Shown here one piece after another: positions 1 through 11,505 of a stretch of DNA of 64,000 bases. The stretch comes from Cyanophora paradoxa CCMP329. Lineage: Eukaryota > Plantae > Glaucophyta. Within the stretch, counting starts at the first letter, position 1; the number at the start of each line of letters is the position of its first letter. The translations under genes and the position numbers were made by a program. Location: contig QPMI01000406.1 of NCBI GenBank assembly GCA_004431415.1, positions 1 to 64,000 on the forward strand, written 5' to 3'. Under the pieces are notes generated by a model that did no database searches, was not told the origin of the DNA, and was given only the letters and a program-made list of their open reading frames with translations.

Positions 1-560
1 GGAACCGCTGCGAGATGGCCCGCTGGCGCGTCGCGCTGCGGCCCCGTGCTCGGAGTTCCGGGGACCGCTGGCGCGGCGCGCCGCGGTCCCGGCTGCCCGC
101 AGGCCCCGGCCGCGCCCGCGGCCGGCGAGCTCCACCCGGAGTACGGCCTCGCTGGCGGAACCGCTGCGAGATGGCCGCTGGCGCGTGTCGCGCTGCGGGC
201 CCCGTGCTCGGAGTTCCGGGGACCGCTGGCGCGGCGCGCCGCGGTTCCGGCCTGCCCGCGGCCCCGGCCGCGCCCGCGGCCGGCGAGCTCCACCCCGGAG
301 TACGGCCTCGCTGGCGGAACCGCGCGAGATGGCCGCTGGCGCGTCGCGCTGCGGGCCCGTGCTCGGAGTTCCGGGGACCGCTGGCGCGGCGCGCCGCGGT
401 CCCGGCCTGCCCGCAGGCCCGGCCGCGCCGCGGCCGGCGAGCTCCACCCGAGTATGTACGGCTCGCTGGCGGAACGCTGCGAGATGGCCGCTGGCGCTCG
501 CCGCTGCGGGCCCGTCCTCGGATCTAGTTCCGGGGACCGCTGGCGCGGTCGCTCTGCAGG
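1..560. repeat. GC-rich tandem repeat, ~155-159 bp unit, ~3.5 copies (continues off the left edge)
   Basis: GGAAC(C)GC..GAGATGGCC recurs at 1, 157, 316 and 471 with near-identical intervening sequence. Confidence 0.9.
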
Positions 561-1289
561 CCCCGCGGCCGCACTCCGTCGGAGTGCCCGCTGCGCATGC
601 AGCCTCGCGATCGATCGCGATCGCAGAGTGTTTTGTTTTTGTTTGTCTGTGGTCGATTTTAATCAATTCAATGGTTGACTCGACTAAAGAAACAAAACAA
701 ACAAAAAAAAACGTCCCGGCCGGACCGGCGGACCGCGAGGGCGCGAACCCGCGGGCCGCGCCGCGGCCGCGCGCGCGGGCCGGCGCGGCCCGCGCGGCCC
801 GCGGCGCGGCGGCCGCCGGGCGCGGCCGCGCGCGGCGCGCGCCGCGCAGTCTCCGCGGCGAGGCTCGCTAGCCTTGAAGCTGCCAGGCTGGTGCTTCCGG
901 CCCAAGTTCGGGCGCTTCCGCGCGCGCTCAGAATCCGCTGCCGCAGGCTCTAGCTAGGCCGCAGCGCGCATCAGCCGCTGAGCAGCGCCGCGGCGCATCG
1001 CCGCATGCCCGCGCCATGCCGGCCGCACGTAAGCTAGTCCTCAGTACTACTAGTAGTACTGCAGCCCCGTGCGCGTGCGAGTCAGATCGGACTCAGCCGA
1101 CACCGCGGCGCCCGACACCACAGCGCTGAGCTGCAGCTACAACTGCCAGGCTGGCACTTCCGCTGCCGCAGTGCTGTCGCTGGCGCGTTGCGCTGCGGAC
1201 TACAGCCTCGCTGGCACTCTAGATCTCGCTGCGAGTCGGCCGCTGGCGGCCTTCGCGCATCGCGCCGCGCCTCGCGCGCCCCACGCCGC

Positions 1290-4200
1290 CGCTCGACCCG
1301 CCGCCGCCGCATAACCTGCTTGCGCAGGGCGGGCGGCCGCTGGCTCGACCGCGGCGCTCTCCGGCGGGAGCCTGGGCCCCACCTCCACGGCTCCGCCCGA
1401 GGTCCGAAAGCGACCTCGCGCGGCCCCGCACCGCGCTCGACCGCCACCGCCGCCTGACCTGCTTGCGCAGGCGGGCCGGCCGCAGGCTCGCCTGCAGCGC
1501 CTCCGGCTGAGCCCTTGGGCTCCACTCCGCCCGAGGTCCGTAGCGACCTCGCGCGGCCCGCGGCCGCCGCTTTACCGCCGCCGCCGCATAACCTGCTTGC
1601 GCAGGGCAGGCCGCCGCTGGCTCGCATGCAGCGCTCCCGCTGGAGCCAAGGCTCCACCTCCGCCCGAGGTCTGCAGCGACCTCGCGCGGCCCGGCAACGC
1701 CGCCGGCTCGCGCCTCCGCTGACTGCTGGCGCAGGGCGGGCGGCGAGGTCCAAAAATCGACCTCGCGCAGCCCCGCATCACCGCTCGACCGCCGCCGCTG
1801 CTGACCTGCTTGCCAAGGCGGCCGGCCGCTGGCTCGCATATAACACTCCCGGGCTGGAGCCCAGGGCCCACCTCCGCCCGAGGTCCGTCACGGCCTCGCG
1901 CGGCCCCGCGCTGCCGCTCGACCGCGCCGCCGCATAACCTGCTTGCGCAGGGCGGGCCGGCCGCTGGCTCGACCGCGGCGCCCTCCGGCGGGAGCCCAGG
2001 GCTCCACCTCCGCCAGAGGTCCGTCACGGCCTCGCGCGGCCCCACACTGCCGCTCGACCCGCCGCCGCCGCATAACCTGCTTGCGCAGGGCGGGCCGGCC
2101 GCTGGCTCGACCGCGGCGCCCTCCGGCGGGAGCCCAGGGCTCCACCTCCGCCAGAGGTCCGTCACGGCCTCGCGCGGCCCCACACTGCCGCTCGACCCGC
2201 CGCCGCCGCATAACCTGCTTGCGCAGGGCAGGCCGGCCGCTGGCTCGCATGCAGCGCTCCCCGGCTGGAGCCCAAGGCTCCACCTCCGCCCCGAGGTCTG
2301 CAGCGACCTCGCGCGGCCCGGCAACGCCGCCCGGCTCGCCGCCTCCGCCTGACCTGCTGGCGCAGGGCGGGCCGGCGAGGTCCAAAAATCGACCTCGCGC
2401 AGCCCCGCATCACGCTCGACCGCCGCCGCTGCCTGACCTGCTTGCCAAGGCGGGCCGGCGCTGGCTCGCATATAACACTCCGGGCTGGAGCCAGGGCCCC
2501 ACCTCCGCCCGAGGTCCGTCACGGCCTCGCGCGGCCCGCGCTGCCGCTCGACCGCCGCCGCCGCATAACCTGCTTGCGCAGGGCGGGCCGGCCGCTGGCT
2601 CGACCGCGGCGCCTCCGGCGGGAGCCCAGGGCTCCACCTCCGCCAGAGGTCCGTCACGGCCTCGCGCGCCCCGCGCTGCCGCTCGACCCGCCGCCGCCGC
2701 ATAACCTGCCTGCGCAGGGCCGGCCGCTGGCTCGCATGCAGCGCCCCCGGCTGGAGCCCAGGGCTCCGCTCCGCCCCGAGGTCCGTCACGGCTTCGCGCG
2801 GCCCGCGCTGCCGCTCGACCTGCCGCCGCCGCGTAACCTGCTTGCGCAGGGCGGGTTGGCCGCTGGCTCGCATGCAGCGCCCCCCGGCCGGAGCCCAGGG
2901 ATCCACCCCCGCCCGAGGTCCGTTCACGGCCTCGCGCGGCCCGCGCTGCCGCTCGACCCGCCGCCACCGCATAACCTGCTTGCGTAGGACGGGCCGGCCG
3001 CGGGCTCGCATACCGCGCTCCCCGGCTGGAGTCCAGGGCGCCACCTCCGCCCCGAGGTCCGTCACGGCTCGCGCGGCCCCGCGCCGCCGCTCGACCGGCC
3101 GCCGCCGCATCACCTGCTCGCGCAGGGCGGGCCGGCCGCTGGCTCGCATGCAGCGCCCCGGCTGGAGCCCAGGGCGCCGCCTCCGCCCCGAGGTCCGTCA
3201 CGGCCTCGCGCGGCCCGCGCTGCCGCTCGACTCGCCGCCGCGCATACCCTGCTTACGCAGGGCGGGCCGGCCGCTGGCTCGCATGCAGCGCTCCCCGGCT
3301 GGACCCCAGGGCTCCACCGCTGCCCCGAGGTCCGTAGCGACCTCGCGCGGCCCCGCGCCGCCGCTTTACCCGCCGCCGCCGCATAACCTGCTTGCGCAGG
3401 GCAGGCCGGCCGTGGGCTCGCATGCAGCGCCCCCCGGCTGGAGCCCAGGGCTCCGCCGCTGCCCCGAGGTCCGTCACGGCTTCGCGCGGCCCCGCGCTGC
3501 CGCTCGACTCGCCGCCGCCGCATACCCTGCTTGCGCAGGGCGGGCCGGCCGCTGGCTCGCATGCAGCGCTCCCCGGCTGGACCCCAGGGCTCCACCGCTG
3601 CCCCGAGGTCCGTCACGGCCTCGCGCAGCCCCGCGCTGCCGCTCGACCGGCCGCCGCCGCATAACCTGCTTGCGCAGGGCAGGCCGGCCGCGGGCTCGCA
3701 TGCAGCGCTCCCCGGCTGGAGCCCAGGGCTCCACCGCTGCCCCGAGGTCCTTCACGGCCTCGCGCGGCCCCGCGCTGCAGCTCGGCGTACCGCCACTGCC
3801 TGACCTGCTGGCGCAGGGCGGGCCGGCCGTTGGCTCGTCCGCCGCGCTCTCCGGCTGGAGCTCAAGGCTCCACCGCCGCCCCGAGGTCCGTCACGGCTTC
3901 GCGCGGCCCCGCGCTGCCGCTCGACCGGCCGCCGCCGCATAACCTGCTTGCGCAGGGCGGGCCGGCCGCTGGCTCGCATGCAGCGCTCCCCAGCTGGAGC
4001 CCAGGGCTCCACCTTCGCCCCGAGGCCTGTCAAGGCCTCGCGCGGCCCCGCGCTGCCGCTCGACCCGCCGCCGCCGCATTACCTGCCTGCGCAGGGCCGG
4101 CCGCTGGCTCGCGGCTCGCATGCAGCGCCCCCCGGCTGGAGCCCAGGGCTCCGCCTCCGCCCCGAGATCCGTCACGGCTTCGCGCGGCCCCGCGCTGCCG

Positions 4201-7020
4201 CTCGACTCGCCGCCGCCGCATACCCTGCTTGCGCAGGGCGGGCCGGCCGCTGGCTCGCATGCAGCGCTCCCCAGCTGGAGCCCAGGGCTCCACCTTCGCC
4301 CCGAGGTCAGTCACGGCCTCGTGCAGCCCCGCGCTGCTGCTCGACCCGCCGCCACCGTAGAACCTGCTTGCGCAGGGCGGGTTGGCCGCTGGCTCGCATG
4401 CAGCGCCCCCCGGCTGGAGTCCAGGGCGCCACCTCCGCCCCGAGGTCCGTCACGGCCTCGCGCAGCCCCGCACTGCTGCTCGACCTGCCGCCGCCGCATA
4501 ACCTGCTTGCGCAGGGCAGGCCGGCCGCGGACTCGCATGCAGCGCTCCCCGGCTGGACCCCAGGGCTCCACCCCTGCCCCGAGGTCCTTCACGGCCTCGC
4601 GCGGCCCCGCGCTGCAGCTCGGCGTACCGCCACTGCCTGACCTGCTGGCGCAGGGCGGGCCGGCCGTTGGCTCGTCCGCCGCGCTCTCCGGCTGGAGCTC
4701 AAGGCTCCACCGCCGCCCCGAGGTCCGTCACGGCTTCGCGAGGCCCCGCGCTGCCGCTCGACCGGCCGCTGCCGCATCACCTGCTTGCGCAGGGCGGGCC
4801 GGCCGCTGGCTCGCATGCAGCGCCCCCCGGCTGGAGCCCAGGGCTCCGCCGCTGCCCCGAGGTCCGTCACGGCTTCGCGCGGCCCCGCGCTGCCGCTCGA
4901 CCCGCCGCCGCCGCATAACCAGCCTGCGCAGGGCCGGCCGCTGGCTCGCATGCAGCGCCCCCCGGCTGGAGCCCAGGGCTCCTCCTCCGCCCCGAGGTCC
5001 GTCACGGCTTCGCGCGGCCCCGCGCTGCCGCTCGACTCGCCGCCGCCGCATACCCTGCTTGCGCAGGGCAGGCCGGCCGCGGGCTTGCATGCAGCGCTCC
5101 CCGGCTGGACCCCAGGGCTCCACCTTCGCCCCGAGGTCCTTCACGGCCTCGCGCGGCCCCGCGTTGCAGCTCGGCGTACCGCCACTGCCTGACCTGCTGG
5201 CGCAGGGCGGGCCGGCCGTTGGCTCGTCCGCCGCGCTCTCCGGCTGGAGCTCAAGGCTCTACCGCCGCCCCGAGGTCCGTCACGGCTTCGCGCGGCCCCG
5301 CGCTGCCGCTCGACCGGCCGCTGCCGCATCACCTGCTGGCGCAGGGCGGGCCGGCCGCTGGCTCGTCCGCCGCGCTCTCCGGCCTGGAACCCAGGGCTCC
5401 ACCTCCACCCCAAGGTCCGTTCACGGCCTCGCACGGCCCCACGCCACCACCCGGCTTGCCGCCGCCGCCTGACCTGCGGGTGCAGGGCGGGCCGGCCGCT
5501 GGCCCGCCCACCGCGCTCTCCTGCTGGAGCTCAAGGCTCCACCACCTCCCCGAGGTCTGCAGCGACCTCGCGCGGCCCGGCGCCGCCGCCCGGCTCGCTG
5601 CCTCCGCCTGACCGGCTGGCACAGGGCGGGCGGACCTTAGCCTGTCCGCGGCCGTCGGACGTTTCCTGGCTGGAGCTCAAGGCTCCGCCACCGCCCAAGG
5701 CGGGCCGGCCGGTGGACCGCGCGCAGCGCCTCCTGCGGTAGCTAAAAACTCCGCCTCCGCCCGAAGGTCCGTAGCGGCCTCGCGATCGCGCGGTCCGCGC
5801 CGCCGCTCTACCGCTACCGCCGTCAGACCTACTCGCGAAGGGCAGGCCGGTCGCTGGCTCGCCAGCAGCGCTCTCCTGCTGGAGCTCAAGCCTCCACCAC
5901 CGCCCGAGGTCTGCAGCGACTCGCACGGCCCCGCGCCGCCGCTCGCTCTCCGCCGCCGCCTCGCCTGCTGGCGCAGGGCGGGCCAGCCTCTGGCTCGCCC
6001 GCGTCGCCCCCTGCTGGAGCTCAAGGCTCCTTCGCGACCCGAGGTCCGTCACGGCCTCGCGCGGCCCGCGCCGCCGCTCGACCCGCCGCCGCCGCTTATC
6101 CTGCTTGCGCAGGGCGGGCCGGCCCCTGGCTCGCCCGCAAGGCCCCCTGGCTGAAGCTCCAGGCCCCGCCATTAAACCGAGGTCTACTGCGACCTCGCGT
6201 GGCCCCGCGCCGCCGCTCGGCTCGCCGCCGCCACCTGACCTGCTTGCGCAGGGCGGGCCGGCCGCTGGCTCGCCCGCAGCGCCTCCTACTGAAGCTCAAA
6301 GCTCCGCCGCCGCCCCAAGGTCCGTGGCGACCTCGCGTGGCCCCATGCCACAGCTTGGCTCGCCACCGCCGCCTGACCTGCGTACGCAAGGCGGGCCGGC
6401 CTCTGGCATGCCCGCGGCGCTCCCGGCTGGAGCGCGAGGCTCCACCACCTCCCCGAGGTCTGACGCGACCTCGCGCGGCCCACACTACCGCTCGGCCCGC
6501 TGCCATCGCTCCCCCAGCTTGCGTCGGGAGGGCCGGCCTCTAGCTCGCCCGCGACGCTTCCTGGCTGGAGCTCAAGGCTCCACCCCCACCCCGAGGTCTG
6601 CAGCGACTTCGCGCGTTCCCGCGCCGCCACTGAGCTCGCCGCCGCCGCATAACCTGCTTGCGAAGGGCGGGCCGGCCTCTGGCTCGCCAGCAGCGCTCTC
6701 CTGCTGGAGCTCATGACCCCACCACCGCCCCGAGGTCCGCAACGACCTCGCGCGGCCCCAAGCCGCCGCCGCCTCGCCTGCTGGCGCAGGGTGGGCTGAC
6801 CGCTGGCTCGCCCGCGGTGCTGTTCCACGGGCGCTCCAGGCCCTGAGGCCCCGCGACCGCTCCCGCGGTCTTATGCGGCCCCCACCTCCGCGCGGCGCGC
6901 TTCCGCCGCCTAACCTGCTTGCACAGGGCAGGACGGTGGTGGGCTCGCTTTCGGTGCTCACCGGCTGGGATGGTTTTAGATTCCGCCGCGGCCCGAGGCC
7001 CGTAACGGCCTCGCGCGACT
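1290..7020. repeat. GC-rich satellite, ~139 bp unit, roughly 40 copies, degenerating rightwards
   Basis: CATAACCTGCTTGCGCAGGGC / TGACCTGCT variants recur at 139-bp spacing (e.g. ~3243, 3382, 3521, 3660, 3799, 3938). The unit is not a multiple of 3, so the ORFs here cycle through frames and are artefacts. Confidence 0.93.
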
Positions 7021-7444
7021 TCACGCCGACGCGCAGTGCGACCGCCTTGCCCGCCCTCCACCCGTAGCGCGCCCCTGGCCCGCACCGCCCAGCATGACTT
7101 GTCGGCGGCGGGGATCTGGCGGCGCCACTATCCAGCGCCGCCCCGGTTCGTCGACTGTCCCATAGGGGTACGGCGAGAACCCCCCAGCCTTCTGTGCCGG
7201 CTCGTTACCTCGGGCGTTTTGGCCCGCCCCGGCCCCATGTTGTTTGTCCGAATTCACGCTCTCTGCCCGTTCCTCCTGCAGCGCAGTGCGCTGGGGGAGG
7301 GAGGCCTAGCGTCTGGGACACGTGGGGTGGCAGGGGAAGGAGGAAGGAGAGGGGGGGAAGGGGGGAGGGCGAAACAACCTTCGCCCTCTTGCTCACTTTG
7401 TTCCTATGTATGCTATTCTGGCTGGCTGTGACCTGACTCTTGTT

Positions 7445-9532
7445 TGGTAGGGGTACTGCATTCGTGCTGCGTTCGCTACGCTCACCCCGCGGCCTCCGGC
7501 GGCGGTACCCGGCTTCGGATCCCCGAACCGGAAGAAACCGCGTACCCCTCCCCGGGGTACGCCGTTCGCCCCAACCGGCCCCACAAGGCGCGGCCCGAGG
7601 CCGAACGCGTACCCGGAGAGGGGTACGGCGTCAGAGCGGCCCCGATCAAGTGTACCCCGAGCGGGTACCCCGATCGGCCCCGCGACGGCCCGAGCGGAGT
7701 ACCCCGAACGGGGTACACCGTCTCGACCCGCAACGGCCCTCCCCGGGGTACAGGCGCCTAGCACGCTTACCCCGGAGAGTTCTTGTTCCGGAACTCGCAA
7801 GGGCGAGGCCGGAATGGCATACGGCGATCCGCCCTGGTCGATCGCCAACGTATTATGATACGTGGTTCCCGGGAAAGCAGCCTTGAGCTGCCGTACCTCA
7901 GGGCCCAACCCGATGCGCTATCCCGTGCATCTAGCTAAGTAGTGTCGGGCGTAAGATAGCTAGGTCTTCTGCATTCGAATGAAGCGAGGCGTAAATCGGG
8001 ATTTGCGCTCTCAATGCGTAAATCGAGTTTTGCGCCGACGGAATGCGAACAAAGAAGACCGTAGCCGAGCGCCAGGCACGAAAGAGCTGAGCGACTCGCT
8101 AGCCGCGGTAGCTAGCGGCGCGAGGCGAGCACGGGATTAGCAGCAGGCTGCTGCGAGCGCCCCGCAAGGGACTAGCTGAGCTAGCCGTTGGGCCGAGCCG
8201 GCGGGCTTGAAGCCGCCGAGCTCCGAGGGGTACGCTGATTCGGGGTTTCCCTTCACGCCCAGCTTCGCTCGCGGCCGCCCCAGGCCACGGAGCGACCAGC
8301 GGCGAAGCGAAATCGCTCCCGCCCACCTCCCCGCGATTTTTCCTTCCGGGGCGCCGAACCTCGCCACCCAGCGAGCCCCGGCACCGCGAAAAAGTTCGCG
8401 CAAAAAGGCAATGCATACGGCGACCAGCGCCAGCGTTCGCCGAGGGTATTATAATACGTGGTTCCTTGCCGTCTCCTGTGCACATGGTTCCGGACGCTAC
8501 TCCCGCTCGGTGCCGACCACCAGCGCGGACGTGGTCGTGCACAGCTGATCCGTGGTAATTTACAATGGTTCCGTCGAAGATTCGCGATCGGGCACGAACC
8601 GCGCAGACTCGGTGTACCGGTCGTGATTCGTGTTTCCACGCGCGTCCGCTGGACCCACTTGTGCCGGGCCGGGGTCCAGCGCGCCCCCCAGAAACAGTCG
8701 CGCGGCTTCGTGGAGAATCTCGAGTTTTTCCCGCTGGGTTTTACCCTGTTTTCCTCTGGACCCGCGGGTGCCGAGCCGGGGTCCAGCGCGCATGACCGTT
8801 ACGCGGTTTTCCCGCGGTAACTTGCTGGTTCTTCGAGTCTGCCGCCCCGGCGCGGGGGGAGACTTCGCGCATGATTCGGAGTCCTGGTGGTTTTTTGATG
8901 AGCCTCGGTTGTCGTACGTTGCACGACGCCTTGGTCTCATGGTCGTCTGCGGACGACGGGCACGCTACGCGTGTGGTAGGGGGTACTGCATTCGTGCTGC
9001 GTTCGCTACGCTCACCCCCGCGGCCTCCGGCGGCGGTACCCGGCTTCGGATCCCCGAACCCGGAAGAAACCGCGTACCCCTCCCCGGGGTACGCCGTTCG
9101 CCCCAACCGGCCCCACAAGGCGCGGCCCGAGGCCGAACGCGTACCCCGGAGAGGGGTACGGCGTCAGAGCGGCCCCGATCAAGTGTACCCCCGAGCGGGG
9201 TACCCCGATCGGCCCCGCGACGGCCCCGAGCGGAGTACCCCCGAACGGGGTACACCGTCTCGACCCGCAACGGCCCTCCCCGGGGTACAGGCGCCTAGCA
9301 CGCTTACCCCGGAGAGTTCTTGTTCCGGAACTCGCAAGGGCGAGGCCGGAATGGCATACGGCGATCCGCCCTGGTCGATCGCCAACGTATTATGATACGT
9401 GGTTCCCGGGAAAGCAGCCTTGAGCTGCCGTACCTCAGGGCCCAACCCGATGCGCTATCCCGTGCATCTAGCTAAGTAGTGTCGGGCGTAAGATAGCTAG
9501 GTCTTCTGCATTCGAATGAAGCGAGGCGTAAA
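7445..9532. mobile_element. Non-coding, terminally redundant element: ~555-bp direct repeats (7445-7995, 8974-9532) flanking ~980 bp of hairpin-rich sequence; probable non-autonomous retro-type element
   Basis: Both copies run TGGTAGGGG(G)TACTGC...GCGAGGCGTAAA and appear to differ only in homopolymer length. No credible ORF and no obvious TSD. Mobility is inferred. Confidence 0.6.
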
Positions 9533-9649
9533 CGCGCAATCGTGAGACGCGCACAAGACAAGTCATGAACAGCATACGCACAAAGAAGCACGTATTCACT
9601 CGGCAAGTACATGCCAGGTGCAACTAAATGCAGCTCCGTGTCATCGGCC

Positions 9650-11505
9650 GCCATGATTATGAAGGAAGGCACCGCCGGATGGGTGCCCGGAGGGGCCGCT
9701 GGAAGGACCGCGGGAGGGGCCGCGGGAGGGGCCGCGGGAGGGGGCGCAGGCGGGGCCGAAGTGGGTGCCGCCGGGCGAGCTTGGATGACCGACGTGCTCG
9801 CCAGGACCGTCCTCGCCCCGCCGGGAGCCGATGCATATGGCGAGTTCAGGATGGGCGGCGCGCGCGGAGGCGGCGGCTGGCTCAAGACGGGAAGCTGAGG
9901 TGGATGGTTGGGACCCACGAAAGGCGAAGAAATGCTGCTTGTTCCTCGTACTAAGACGGCGCCTGGGACCGGTACCGCCGGAGGGCGCGGCGGCGCTGCC
10001 CTGTTGTCTCCGATGTACGCCAGGCCTTCCCAGAGCGCTTGGCCTCCCACCTCCTGGCGGCCCCCGCGCGTGAGTTGCGAAGACGGATCTAGAGGCGGTG
10101 CGGCGCGCTCATGATCACAGACCTTGGTCGACGCGCCCGACTCGACGTCCTGCGCGACGCGGACGATGATCATGAGTGCAAAGACGGGCGCGAATGGCAA
10201 CCGCAAGCGGTGAACTCGCCTTCGGACTCGCAGAAGCAGACGAAAGGGCGGCCGCCGCTGGCACCGCGCCCGCGGCTGCCAGAGGGGCCGCGGGAGGGGC
10301 CGCGGGAGGGGCTGCGGGAGGGGCCGTGCGAGGGGTCGCATCAGGAGCCGCAGGAGGGGCCACCAGAGGGGCCGCAGAGACCGCCGGAAGGGCAGCGGGA
10401 GGGGCCCTCAGAGGGGCCGATGCGGGAGGGACCGCGGGAGGGGCCGCGGCGCCGGCGGGAGCGGCTGCGGGAGGGGGCACAGGAGGGGTCGCGGGAAACG
10501 CCGCGGGTGAAGCTGGCGAAGGGGCCGCCTCAGGGGCTGCCCCAGGGGCCGCGGCCGGTCCAGTGCTCCGAACGAGGGCGCGAACTGCCGCGAAGAGAGC
10601 CTGGAAGTACCAGGGCTCGACTCGGTCCAGGGCCCCTTCCTCCAGCCTCGCAAAGAGAGGGTCGCTCTTCGACTCGCGCCACTCGAAGTTCAGATCGGCG
10701 TCCGTGGGGCCGTCGGTGTGCCCGTGCCGACGATCAAGCCACTGCGCGGCGAGAATGCATCGGTCCCGAAATATCGCCGCATCCTGCACCCGACCCGCGC
10801 GCGTTAGGGGTATGAGTGGGTCGAGGGGAGGGGTAGCTGAGAGCCAAAGGCGCCGCTGACCTCGTCGGTCTGCATGTCGATGGTTGCTTTGGCCGTCCGT
10901 CCGCGCCAGGGGAAGGAAAACCGGTACCCGCCTCCGGCGCACCGCCGCACGCCCTTGAGCTTGAGATTCGCGTGCTCGCCGCCGTCGTCGCTGTCGCTCT
11001 GATCGCTCCCGCCGCCGTCGCTCTGAGTCTCCGGGGCGGGTTGTGCAGGAGAAGACGGCGGCAACTTCGGGTTGAGGTCGGGCGGCGCTTGCGGATCCGG
11101 AGGCGGGCCCGCGGCGGGCGGGAGCGATCCTCCCGGCGGCGCCGGCGCTGAAGAGAGCGCCCCCACCGCTTCGGAGCCGGCGCTGCGGTCAGGAGCGTCC
11201 CGCAGTGCTGCAGCTGGGCTCGCGGCCGCCGCATCTTGGTTCGGACTGCCCGATGAAGCGCTGGCGGCGCCGGCGACCGTCGCCGGCGCGGGAGTCGATG
11301 CGATTGATGCGGAGCGGGCCGTTGCTAACGCTACAGCCGCCCATGAAAACGGCCAGGGCGTGTGGGTCGCCGCGGCCGGCGCCGACGCCGCGGCCGCGGT
11401 ACCGGCCGGCGCCGGCACCGCGGCCGGCGCCTCGGCTGGCGGCGGCGGGCTCTCCTCCGCCGGCTGGCTCGCAGGCGAGGCGATGCTGGATGACTGCGCG
11501 CCCAT
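9650..11505 (-). CDS. Multi-exon Ala/Pro-rich protein with a divergent AP2/ERF-like DNA-binding domain (3' end approximate)
   Basis: Removing GT-AG intron 10784-10860 joins KLKGVRRCAGGGYRFSFPWRGRTAKATIDMQTDE|DAAIFRDRCILAAQW...DADLNF, matching the AP2 pattern GVR...T.E.AA...D...A.LNF. Starts MGAQSS at 11505. Confidence 0.55.

Noticed and set aside
1-7020. Many long Arg/Pro/Ala-rich ORFs in all frames
   Set aside because: By-products of GC-rich tandem repeats lacking stops; the 139-bp unit breaks frame.
1290-7020. CRISPR-like array
   Set aside because: Whole units repeat with no unique spacers, there are no cas genes, and the context is eukaryotic.
7445-9532. Hammerhead, HDV-like or pistol ribozyme; canonical LTR or DIRS/Ngaro split-repeat structure
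   Set aside because: Could not find a CUGANGA/GAAA core or fit HDV/pistol consensus by eye; no terminal CA on the right, no TSD and no second repeat pair.
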